The notes under the pieces: generated by a model
The model's input: only the letters and a program-made list of their open reading frames with translations
Told to the model about the DNA's origin: nothing
Databases searched by the model: none
Source of the DNA: Candidatus Micrarchaeota archaeon
GTDB taxonomy: Archaea; Micrarchaeota; Micrarchaeia; Burarchaeales; JAKAKT01
Reading direction: 5' to 3'
DNA: 14,705 nucleotides
Assembly: GCA_041305385.1 (NCBI GenBank)
Contig: JBFYLO010000007.1
Location: forward strand, 1-14,705
Shown: positions 6,820 through 13,840 of the stretch, in pieces
Layout of the letters: every line of letters begins with the position of its first letter
Numbering within the stretch: the first letter of the stretch is position 1
Made by a program: the position numbers and the translations under genes

Positions 6820-8173
6820 CAGGCGCTGGGCTAGGCAGGTACCTCTTCAGTAGCTCGTTCACAAAGTCAGGGTTTGCGTCCAGGAACTGCCCGAGCGCCA
6901 CTCCCTCTTTCGGACCGAGCCTCACGTTCCCCAACAATCCTCCGCTCATCACTTCCTGAGTGCTTCCTGCGACTATGTTTATCGTTGATGAGTTGATGAG
7001 CTGCTGGTACGCCTTTGCATACTCCATCCCGACCTCTTTGTTTGCGTTAATGAACTGGATTCTTGTTGCAGCCTCATCGAATTGCTTCTGAGCTTCTGCA
7101 AGCCTCTCGATGCCTTCAGCTTCTGCCACCTTCTTCAGTTTGACGATTTTGGCTTCTGCTTCTCCTTCAGTGAAAGTCTTAGCGGCAATGCCTTTTGCCT
7201 CGATTTCAAGCTTGCTCTTCGTTCCTTCTGCCCGTTTCACAGTAGATTCCCTGTCGACATCGGCAAAACCGACCTCGATTTTCCTTTTTGCCTCGACTTT
7301 CTCAGCATTGGCTTCAGTTGTCTTCTTTGCCTCCATTTTCTCCCTTTCCTGTTCTGCGATTGCGACTTCCCGATCCTTTGCTATCTCTCTCTTGCGGGCC
7401 TCTTCTTCCATCTCAGCTTGCCTGAACCGAGAAGCCCTTTTCTGCTCTGCCTCAACTACCTCGGCGCGCCGAGTCTCTTCTGCAACCTTAACTCTCGCGT
7501 CGGCGTTGATTTGAGCAGCAATCTTACGTTCTATGTCTGCGATGATTGTTGACTCCGAAACATCCTTTAGGTCTTTAATTTCCAAATCAACAAGCTGAAG
7601 CCCCCATTGCGGGAATACCTTCTCTACTTCGGCAGTGACTGCGTTGTCCAAATTCGTCCTGTCCATATAAATGTCGAGTATCGACTGCTTTGTCGCAGTC
7701 GTCCGTCCGATGGATTCCATAATTGCCTGGAAGTCAGCGGAGAGCATCTTGATTGCCGGATCTTCATAGCGCTTTTCGGTTATCGTTATGTCGGTTCTCT
7801 CTGCAGCGAGCAGGGGGTCCTTGATGTTCACGAAACAGACGATGTCGCACAGGAATTTTGCCATGTTCTTGTCGTTCAGCTTCACGTCTGGAACATCGAT
7901 TCTGATGTTTGTAAGCGGCAGTTTATGCACCCGCGTAACAAATGGAACCACCCAGTAGCTTGGCCTGTTTGGCTTTCCGCCTGCTTCCGCCCCTGGCTTA
8001 ACGCCCGCGTCCCTCGACATAACAAGCTCTTTTTTGTCAAACATTATCCGGACGTGCGCTTCATTGGCTGGCACGATGCGGTAAAGCCCAACCATGCCCC
8101 CTACTAGATTAAACAATCTCATGGCAACGCCCCCGTTTTTTGAATATTTTCGCTCAATTAAGTTGCAGGGCAT
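6797..8173 (-). CDS. flotillin-like SPFH/band-7 domain protein (YqiK/FloT-like) with a long Glu/Ala/Lys-rich coiled-coil
   Basis: SPFH-like N-terminal region (..AHVRIMFDKKELVMSRDAG..VVPFVTRVHKLPLTNIRIDVPDVKLNDKNMAKFLCDIVCFVNIKDP..) followed by ~200 aa of EA/K-rich heptad-like repeats. An alternative start is ATG 8120-8122 (MRLFNLVGG..). AT-rich TATA-like boxes lie upstream of both candidate starts. Confidence 0.8.
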   Translation of the reverse strand: MPCNLIERKYSKNGGVAMRLFNLVGGMVGLYRIVPANEAHVRIMFDKKELVMSRDAGVKPGAEAGGKPNRPSYWVVPFVTRVHKLPLTNIRIDVPDVKLNDKNMAKFLCDIVCFVNIKDPLLAAERTDITITEKRYEDPAIKMLSADFQAIMESIGRTTATKQSILDIYMDRTNLDNAVTAEVEKVFPQWGLQLVDLEIKDLKDVSESTIIADIERKIAAQINADARVKVAEETRRAEVVEAEQKRASRFRQAEMEEEARKREIAKDREVAIAEQEREKMEAKKTTEANAEKVEAKRKIEVGFADVDRESTVKRAEGTKSKLEIEAKGIAAKTFTEGEAEAKIVKLKKVAEAEGIERLAEAQKQFDEAATRIQFINANKEVGMEYAKAYQQLINSSTINIVAGSTQEVMSGGLLGNVRLGPKEGVALGQFLDANPDFVNELLKRYLPSPAPDDKSKRK

Positions 8174-8235
8174 TTAAATGAGTGCCCCGTCGTTAAATTA
8201 ACGCAGATAAGTGATTTAAGGCTTTGTCTTGATAG

Positions 8236-8247
8236 TCAGCTGCCCGA
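8236..8247 (+). repeat. left copy of the exact 12-bp direct repeat TCAGCTGCCCGA
   Basis: Identical 12-mer at 9301-9312. The two copies bracket the lower-GC segment that holds the GNAT-like gene, the micro-ORF and the pyrimidine tract. A single 12-mer match is not statistically compelling in 14.7 kb. Confidence 0.3.
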
Positions 8248-8249
8248 AA

Positions 8250-9017
8250 CTATCCTTCCAATCTCCAAACATCCTGTTCCTTGACCCCGATCTTATGCGC
8301 AAATTCCTTGCTTCCGCATATTACTTGTTTGGTTAAACGACGTTCATTGCACAAATCTTCCTTGTAGGAGTATTTTCCATAGCCAAGATTATACTTTTCC
8401 CCGTTGGCTATCGTATCCTTGATTGCAACAAGATTCAGGTAGATTCCAATCCCCGAAAGGTAATCCTTTGGGATTACCACCGCAAGGGTATGCATCTCAT
8501 TTTCTTCTTTCACTACGATGTTAAGCCCAACAATCTTTTCTTTTTGTCTCCCAACATAGGCGTATGTGTTCTTTGAACAAAACGCATCCATGCATTGTTC
8601 AAAGTATCCGTCAGTTTGATTATCGTCGTTTAGTCTGTTGAACTGATGCCCGTACATCTCTTCAAAGTCGGCCCTCTTTGGTTTTTCAACTGCGACATCA
8701 ATTAACTTATCAAACTTTTTCATGGTCCATTGCTTGCCGTGATTAAGCCGCTTGAAATAGTCCTCGAACCTGTCAAAGCCTGAGACCAAGTATTCGCATT
8801 CATCAGTTTCATCAAATGTCCCAACTTCGGAGTTGGCACTCAACTCCCACAACCACAGCGGCTCGGGTAGGTTCTCAAGATCGCTTTCCTTTAATGCCAT
8901 CAACGGATATGCATTCTGCGACAGAGACCAGAAACTGACATCTGCCTTCAGCCAACTAAAATTGCCTCCGTAAATCAAAGGCACGTCGGCATCAAACAAC
9001 CGGTTGCGTATCTTCAT
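8250..9017 (-). CDS. hypothetical protein, probably GNAT-fold (Acetyltransf_6 / BioF2-FemAB-CelD-like) domain protein
   Basis: 255-aa ORF in a lower-GC segment (~40-47%). The C-terminal block ..VGLNIVVKEENEMHTLAVVIPKD..GIGIYLNLVAIKDTIANGEKYNLGYGKYSYKE resembles the conserved end of the BioF2-like GNAT family (..SPG.LL...AI..A...G...FDFG.G.E.YK). The family assignment is from memory, not from a search. Confidence 0.55.
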   Translation of the reverse strand: MKIRNRLFDADVPLIYGGNFSWLKADVSFWSLSQNAYPLMALKESDLENLPEPLWLWELSANSEVGTFDETDECEYLVSGFDRFEDYFKRLNHGKQWTMKKFDKLIDVAVEKPKRADFEEMYGHQFNRLNDDNQTDGYFEQCMDAFCSKNTYAYVGRQKEKIVGLNIVVKEENEMHTLAVVIPKDYLSGIGIYLNLVAIKDTIANGEKYNLGYGKYSYKEDLCNERRLTKQVICGSKEFAHKIGVKEQDVWRLEG

Positions 9018-9087
9018 TCAAGCGCCTAGTCATGCGACCCAATCATTTGTCCGTAATGAAGAAGAGAACGCCCCTCGTGGGCGTCAA

Positions 9088-9174
9088 TCAGTCATTTCTT
9101 TTCTTCTTGTTCTTCCTCTGCCGCTTTATCATTCTGCTAATCTTCCTTTCCATAGTCCTGTTTTTCTTCATCAT
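9088..9174 (-). CDS. candidate micro-ORF encoding a 28-aa extremely basic peptide (MMKKNRTMERKISRMIKRQRKNKKKRND)
   Basis: A perfect SD GGAGGTG (rc of 9177-9183) lies 2 nt before the first ATG and 5 nt before the second ATG. Half of the residues are K/R. It sits inside a polypurine (minus-strand) tract, so it could also be a composition artefact. Confidence 0.25.
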   Translation of the reverse strand: MMKKNRTMERKISRMIKRQRKNKKKRND

Positions 9175-9200
9175 CACACCTCCTTTTTTGGCTTCCCTTA
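9092..9200 (+). repeat. ~100-nt polypyrimidine tract (about 90% C/T on the plus strand, i.e. polypurine on the minus strand)
   Basis: Seen directly: tcatttcttttcttcttgttcttcctctgccgctttatcattctgctaatcttcctttccatagtcctgtttttcttcatcatcacacctccttttttggcttccctta. It lies in an unusually long (~340 nt) intergenic region between the GNAT-like gene and the MFS gene. Confidence 0.6.
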
Positions 9201-9300
9201 AGGGAAAGGGGAGACTGGACAGTCCCCGGCTAAAAATCAAAACAACGCGTCTTTCTGAGCATATATCCCACTAATTCTATTTAACCCTTCGGTTTCAGTA

Positions 9301-9312
9301 TCAGCTGCCCGA
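9301..9312 (+). repeat. right copy of the exact 12-bp direct repeat TCAGCTGCCCGA
   Basis: See the left copy. It lies 47 nt upstream of the MFS start codon, next to the TATA-like CTTATATT at 9326-9333. Confidence 0.3.
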
Positions 9313-9358
9313 GGTTCAGGGAAGCCTTATATTGCTTATTTTGCCCTAACAACCCTTC

Positions 9359-10606
9359 ATGGTCATCCACCATGCTAAAAAAATGCTCCCGGGCGGAGTG
9401 AAAAAAACTTTCCGGGCCCTCAAGCACAGGAATTACCGCCTGTGGTTCCTGGGCCAGACGTTCTCCCTGTTCGGGACATGGATGCAGATAACCGCCCAGG
9501 GGTTCCTGGTTTTCGAACTGACCCATTCGCCGGCATACCTGGGGCTCGTGGGCTTTGCCGCGGGCATACCCGTATTGCTGCTCACCCCTTTCGGGGGCGT
9601 TGTTGCAGACAGGGTGCCAAGAAGGAGCATCCTGCTCGCAACGCAAATCTCGATGATGCTGCTCGCCTTCATTCTCGCCGGACTCGCGTTTTCCGGGGTT
9701 GTCGAACCCTGGCACATAGCCCTGCTCGCCTTCTTCCTGGGAATCGCAAACGCCTTCGATGCCCCGGCAAGGCAGGCGCTCGTGGTGGACATGGTTAACC
9801 GCGAGGACCTCACGAACGCCATCTCGCTCAATGGAACAATGATAAACATGGCACTTGTTGCCGGTCCTGCGCTTGCGGGAATAGCCTATGCGGCTGTCGG
9901 CCCTGGCTGGTGCTTCATGCTCAATGGAATCTCGTTCATTGCCGTGATAATCGCACTGCTGATGATGAGGCTGCCCCTTTCTGCAATGCCCGCGCATAGG
10001 ACATCGGCCTTTGCGGACCTTAGGGAAGGCTTCCAGTATACGCGCTCCAATGCGGCAGCGGTCTCGATTCTTTGCATAATCGGGATAACTGGCCTGTTCG
10101 GGATGGCGTTCATGACCCTCATCCCCGCATGGGCAGTCACGATTCTCGGGGGCGACGCCCAGACGAACGGGCTCCTCCAATCGGCAAGGGGCCTCGGCGC
10201 CCTGGCAGTTGCCCTCTGGATTGCATCCATGGGGCGGGTAAGCTCGAAAAGCAGGCTGGTCGCGCTGGGCGCATTCCTGACGCCAGTCTCGCTGATAGCG
10301 TTCTCGTACGCACGCTCCCTCGACCTGGCGCTCCTGTTCATCCTGCTCTCAGGTGGGGCGAGCATATTGCTGATGAACATGGCATACAATCTTCTCCAGA
10401 CTGTCACTTCCGACAGGTTCAGGGGGAGGGTGATGGGCATCAACAGCCTCGTGTTCTTCGGGTTGCAGCCCATCGGCGCGCTGTGGATTGGCGCCTTTGC
10501 CGAGTATTTCGGGGAGCCGAATGCTGTTCTGGCTTCCGCCCTTGCGTTCACGCTTGGCGGGATTCTGCTCTGGAGATTCGCGCCTGCCCTGAGAAGGCTT
10601 GGGTAG
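9359..10606 (+). CDS. MFS transporter, MFS_3 / EntS-like efflux family (12 TM)
   Basis: N-terminal block ..FRALKHRNYRLWFLGQTFSLFGTWMQ.. is typical of MFS_3, with ~12 hydrophobic helices and Ala/Gly/Leu-rich composition that gives ~62% GC. The TATA-like CTTATATT is ~28 nt upstream of ATG 9359 (leaderless?). A second in-frame ATG is at 9383. Confidence 0.85.
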   Translation: MVIHHAKKMLPGGVKKTFRALKHRNYRLWFLGQTFSLFGTWMQITAQGFLVFELTHSPAYLGLVGFAAGIPVLLLTPFGGVVADRVPRRSILLATQISMMLLAFILAGLAFSGVVEPWHIALLAFFLGIANAFDAPARQALVVDMVNREDLTNAISLNGTMINMALVAGPALAGIAYAAVGPGWCFMLNGISFIAVIIALLMMRLPLSAMPAHRTSAFADLREGFQYTRSNAAAVSILCIIGITGLFGMAFMTLIPAWAVTILGGDAQTNGLLQSARGLGALAVALWIASMGRVSSKSRLVALGAFLTPVSLIAFSYARSLDLALLFILLSGGASILLMNMAYNLLQTVTSDRFRGRVMGINSLVFFGLQPIGALWIGAFAEYFGEPNAVLASALAFTLGGILLWRFAPALRRLG

Positions 10607-10612
10607 GCGACA

Positions 10613-11308
10613 TTATGCCTTGCTTTTTTCGCCGTTGGTCCCTTTCACGAGGTCTGCGGCAAGCTCGAGAAGCTTGATTGCAAGATCCCCGTCTGCTGCG
10701 AAGAAGAACGAGAGTTTTCCGTTCTTTATCCTGAGTGTGAATATGGAGCTCAGCAAGTATGAATGGAGGTCCCCTGCCACTGAAAGCTTCTTCAGCTTCT
10801 CTTTGTTCTTGTCGCAAAACTCCCTTGCCTTGTCCGGCTCGCTGCTCCGTATGAAGAACCAGCCATACCTAGCGCCGGAAATAGACGAGAGCTTGTACTC
10901 GAGAAGCTGGAGCAGGTAGCCGTGGCCCGGGTATTCGAAAACCGGCTCGTATGATATGTCCAGCTTGAAATCAAGGGGGAACTCGAGCGAGAGCCTCAGC
11001 CCCCTTAGGGCCTCGAAGTAGCCCCTGAAGCGCCTTATGTCGGCGTTCTTCAGGCTGAAGCCGATTCCCCGGTATTTCCCAGTAAGGGAGTAGGAAACCT
11101 CTGCAAGCGGATCCGGGGACTCCTCCTTCCAGAGCTCCCCGCCGAACTTCTTCTGCATTTTTTCAAATATGGCATCGTAGCCCTTCTCCCGCTCCTCGAC
11201 CTTGTTCTTCTCCCGCCCTATGGATTTCCTCAGCATGAAAATGTAAAGGAGCACGATAAGGATAAGGAAGAAAAGAAGTATCCAAAGGGAGATTAGTTGT
11301 TCGTCCAT
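10613..11308 (-). CDS. hypothetical membrane-anchored protein (N-terminal TM helix plus a ~200-aa soluble domain)
   Basis: N-terminal LISLWILLFFLILIVLLYIFML, then a charged soluble domain. It starts 10 nt after the stop of the 82-aa membrane-protein gene (TAAAGGGGCACCCATG) and is co-directional with corA. Confidence 0.55.
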   Translation of the reverse strand: MDEQLISLWILLFFLILIVLLYIFMLRKSIGREKNKVEEREKGYDAIFEKMQKKFGGELWKEESPDPLAEVSYSLTGKYRGIGFSLKNADIRRFRGYFEALRGLRLSLEFPLDFKLDISYEPVFEYPGHGYLLQLLEYKLSSISGARYGWFFIRSSEPDKAREFCDKNKEKLKKLSVAGDLHSYLLSSIFTLRIKNGKLSFFFAADGDLAIKLLELAADLVKGTNGEKSKA

Positions 11309-11318
11309 GGGTGCCCCT

Positions 11319-11567
11319 TTATTTCTTCTTTGAGACCACTTTGGTCTGGAAGATTACGAGCGCAGCAATAATGAGCGCAAGGGAGTTTATGACTGCTGAA
11401 AGGAACTGCCCGCTCGAGAAGCCGTCCACTGCCAGGATTGCAACTCCGATTATATAGCAAACGACGAAAGATGTCTGAAGCTCCTTCTCCCCTTTCATCG
11501 CCGCGAAAAGCTGCAGGAGCCAGCCGAGGACTATCGCGCCGAGACCCATAAAGACCAATGATTCCAT
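11319..11567 (-). CDS. small membrane protein (82 aa, 2-3 TM helices)
   Basis: ATG 11565-11567 is preceded by GAGGTGG (rc of 11572-11578) with a 4-nt spacer, and it starts 12 nt after the corA stop (TAAcGAGGTGGaaaaATG). This suggests translational coupling to corA. Confidence 0.5.
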   Translation of the reverse strand: MESLVFMGLGAIVLGWLLQLFAAMKGEKELQTSFVVCYIIGVAILAVDGFSSGQFLSAVINSLALIIAALVIFQTKVVSKKK

Positions 11568-11579
11568 TTTTCCACCTCG

Positions 11580-12467
11580 TTAAAGCCATTCCCATTTCCT
11601 GAAAAGATAAGCCCCGAACAGAACGAACATGACCATTAAAAGAAGAACCATGGGATACGCCAGGGGCATGTTAAGCTCCGGCATATGCTTGAAGTTCATG
11701 CCGTAATAGGAGGCGATTATGTTTGGAATCATGAAAAGGACAGTGAGCGCAGTGAGCTTCTTCATGATGTCAGTCAGCTTCTCGATTCGCCTGTTGAGCT
11801 CGGCGGTCTGCCGCATCTCCAACCTTGTCCGCGTTATGTCGACTTCCCTCCTGACGCTCGTGGCCTTGTCGTTAAGGTGCTGAATCTCGGCGCGAAGGAT
11901 GGCGAATTCGAAAGGAAACGCCTTGACGTTTATGAACGGAACTTCCTTCTCCTCAATCTTTATGAACAAGCCTAGCAGGTCCTCCATGAGCTCCCTAAAT
12001 CTCCTTGTCTTGCGCTCGATGGCATCAAGCTTGTCGATATCTACGGGGCCGGCCTCGAACTGGTTCATCTCCTTCCGTATATTGTCGAAGTGGGATGTGT
12101 AGTTCTCGACCGCCCTCCTGAAGACGGCGTAGGCGCACATTGTGCTCTCCAGATACCTGGAGCGGGTCTTCATCCGCCCTATCTTGACCCTCTTCAGCTC
12201 AGCCGCAGCGCTCGGGAACACGAGCGAGTAACCCTTCGAGAGGATGACGACCTTGTTGAGCTTGCTCTCGAAAGCGACAAAGGAGAATATCATGTACTCT
12301 TCGTAGACTTCGTAAAAGAGGATGTCGAGCTCCCTGAGCTTCGCGAGGTCGTTGGTTATCCCGAATTCCTTGGCTTTCTCCTGGAGTTTTTCGAAATCGT
12401 CGAATATGTAGATCATTGAGTTCACCGTAAGGCGGCATGTCGCAAGAGATATGATTATGCTGTCCAT
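11580..12467 (-). CDS. corA: CorA-family Mg2+/Co2+ transporter
   Basis: C-terminal ..ASYYGMNFKHMPELNMPLAYPMVLLLMVMFVLFGAYLFRKWEWL contains the YGMN signature between two TM helices. A long cytoplasmic N-domain. The AT-rich AGTATTTATTTAT lies just upstream. The start could be a downstream Met (MIYIFDDF..). Confidence 0.9.
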   Translation of the reverse strand: MDSIIISLATCRLTVNSMIYIFDDFEKLQEKAKEFGITNDLAKLRELDILFYEVYEEYMIFSFVAFESKLNKVVILSKGYSLVFPSAAAELKRVKIGRMKTRSRYLESTMCAYAVFRRAVENYTSHFDNIRKEMNQFEAGPVDIDKLDAIERKTRRFRELMEDLLGLFIKIEEKEVPFINVKAFPFEFAILRAEIQHLNDKATSVRREVDITRTRLEMRQTAELNRRIEKLTDIMKKLTALTVLFMIPNIIASYYGMNFKHMPELNMPLAYPMVLLLMVMFVLFGAYLFRKWEWL

Positions 12468-12548
12468 CGCATAAATAAATACTTTCGCATTGACGATGAT
12501 GCCAAAAACCGGGCCAAAAGACTTTAATATGGGGCATGAGAATTCAAA

Positions 12549-13118
12549 GTGGTGACTATGAGGTTAAAGACCGCCTTGTTGGCTCTCGAGCTTATCTACA
12601 CTGTCGGGCTCCTGGCTTTTGTGATGATTGGCTATCTCACGGCATCGCCTCTGGGCAAGGAGCTTTTCCTCACGTTTGTCTTCTACCCCCTCTCCATACT
12701 TGCAGCTGTGATAATGTTCTCCTACTACGTTTCTGTCAAATTCGGAAAGAGCATCTTTGCCTATGGGATAGTGCTCGGCCTCGCGATATCGCTCAGCATA
12801 TTCGCCGTCAGGGCCATGCCGCCAGTGCTGACCCTGGGGGTGGCGCTTTACTTGATTAACCGGCTGACGGTAATCGTGGACGCAAAGGAGATAAAGCAGA
12901 TAAGCGCAGCTTTTCTTGCCGACCATCTGATATCGTTCCAAATCGGCTCCCTGCTGGTTGTGACAGTCGCGGCAAGGAATGAATACTGGTCAATCCTCGA
13001 GAAAGCGACAACGTCCTCGCTTCTGCTGGTCATAATAGTCGTTTGGTACCTTTTCACCATCTTTTATGAGTCCAAGGAGCTCTACCGGGCTTTCAGAAGA
13101 TGGTCGCGCAGCGAATAG
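12549..13118 (+). CDS. hypothetical integral membrane protein (~187 aa, 5-6 TM helices)
   Basis: The ORF-track start is GTG 12549. The likely start is ATG 12558 (GGTGA-ct-ATG). A TATA-like TTTAATAT lies at 12520-12527. Stop TAG at 13116-13118 lies 7 nt before the aquaporin ATG. Confidence 0.55.
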   Translation: MVTMRLKTALLALELIYTVGLLAFVMIGYLTASPLGKELFLTFVFYPLSILAAVIMFSYYVSVKFGKSIFAYGIVLGLAISLSIFAVRAMPPVLTLGVALYLINRLTVIVDAKEIKQISAAFLADHLISFQIGSLLVVTVAARNEYWSILEKATTSSLLLVIIVVWYLFTIFYESKELYRAFRRWSRSE

Positions 13119-13125
13119 CGGTGAA

Positions 13126-13836
13126 ATGATGTCTTTGAAAAACATTGGCGAACGTTATGCGGCTGAGGCACTTGGCACATTCATAGTGGTTTTTGCGAGC
13201 ATTGCCGCGCCTGTCGTGAACATTGTATGCGACGGCCAGCTAGGGCTGGTTGGGTCATCGCTTGCAACTGGCCTCGCCGTGCTCGTGGTGTGCTATTCCC
13301 TGGGCCACGTTTCAGGGGCACACATAAATCCGGCAGTTACAATCGCCTTCGCAAGCCAGAAGAGGTTCCCTCTTAAGTATGTGGTCCCATATGTCATCTC
13401 TCAGTGCGCTGGGGCACTCGTTGCGTGCATGTTCGCGTATATGCTTTTCGGGAACATGACTAACTTCGGGCTTACGACCCCGATATATTCCTGGAGCCTC
13501 GTTTTCCTGGTGGAATTCACCATAACGTTCATTCTGATGCTTGTTATCATGGGGGTGGCGACTGACTCGAGGGCAGCTGACCCGTCTGCCGCGGGACTGC
13601 CCATAGGGCTTGCGGTGGTCCTCAACTCGCTTTTGGCGCTCGGCATAACCGGGGCCATCATGAACCCCGCAAGGGCGCTTGCCCCCGCCATAGTGCTGTG
13701 GGAGTTTACCTGGCAGCCAATTTACTGGGGAGCCACGATTCTCGGCGCGATATTCGGGGCCTGGGTTTATGAGCGCGTCAGGACTGCCGAACCGCCGACT
13801 TCTGAGGAATTCGGGGTGCTCGGCCCGATAAGGTGA
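13126..13836 (+). CDS. aqpM: aquaporin / MIP-family channel (AqpM/AqpZ-like)
   Basis: Two NPA boxes (SGAHINPAVT and AIMNPARA) and six hydrophobic helices. The ORF track begins at 13066, but that would overlap the upstream gene. The ATGATG at 13126-13131 is preceded by GGTGA (13120-13124). Confidence 0.9.
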   Translation: MMSLKNIGERYAAEALGTFIVVFASIAAPVVNIVCDGQLGLVGSSLATGLAVLVVCYSLGHVSGAHINPAVTIAFASQKRFPLKYVVPYVISQCAGALVACMFAYMLFGNMTNFGLTTPIYSWSLVFLVEFTITFILMLVIMGVATDSRAADPSAAGLPIGLAVVLNSLLALGITGAIMNPARALAPAIVLWEFTWQPIYWGATILGAIFGAWVYERVRTAEPPTSEEFGVLGPIR

Positions 13837-13840
13837 ACTC

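Noticed and set aside
7082-8107. Plus-strand ORFs of 156, 134 and 166 aa inside the flotillin gene
   Set aside because: The frames are F/L/S/C-rich and antisense to the EA-rich coiled-coil. The minus frame has SPFH blocks and heptad repeats.
9032-9274. 80-aa plus-strand ORF (FLFFLFFLCRFIILLIFLSIVLFFFII..) and the 9004..9201 ORF
   Set aside because: The hydrophobic translation is produced automatically by the polypyrimidine tract (TTY/CTY codons). No start signal is present, so it is more likely non-coding.
9281-10180. 299-aa minus-strand ORF, together with the 221-aa (9886..10551), 138-aa and 118-aa ORFs, overlapping the MFS transporter gene
   Set aside because: These are antisense shadows of a GC-rich membrane-protein gene. 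Their translations are R/P/G/H-rich with no hydrophobic periodicity, whereas the plus-strand frame gives a textbook 12-TM MFS protein.
9359-10606. High GC (~62-68%) of the MFS gene as evidence of horizontal transfer
   Set aside because: The aquaporin gene is equally GC-rich, and both encode Ala/Gly/Leu-rich membrane proteins using the same AGG/ATA codon preferences as the rest of the window. The composition is explained by the amino-acid content.
12090-12537. 109-aa (+) and 112-aa (-) ORFs within corA; also 11293..11595 (-, 100 aa) overlapping the 82-aa membrane-protein gene in another frame; 12536..12859 (+) and 12564..12941 (-) overlapping the 12549..13118 membrane-protein gene
   Set aside because: These are alternative-frame or antisense artefacts. 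Each competing frame has clear TM helices or the CorA YGMN motif, while these are R/Q/H-rich.
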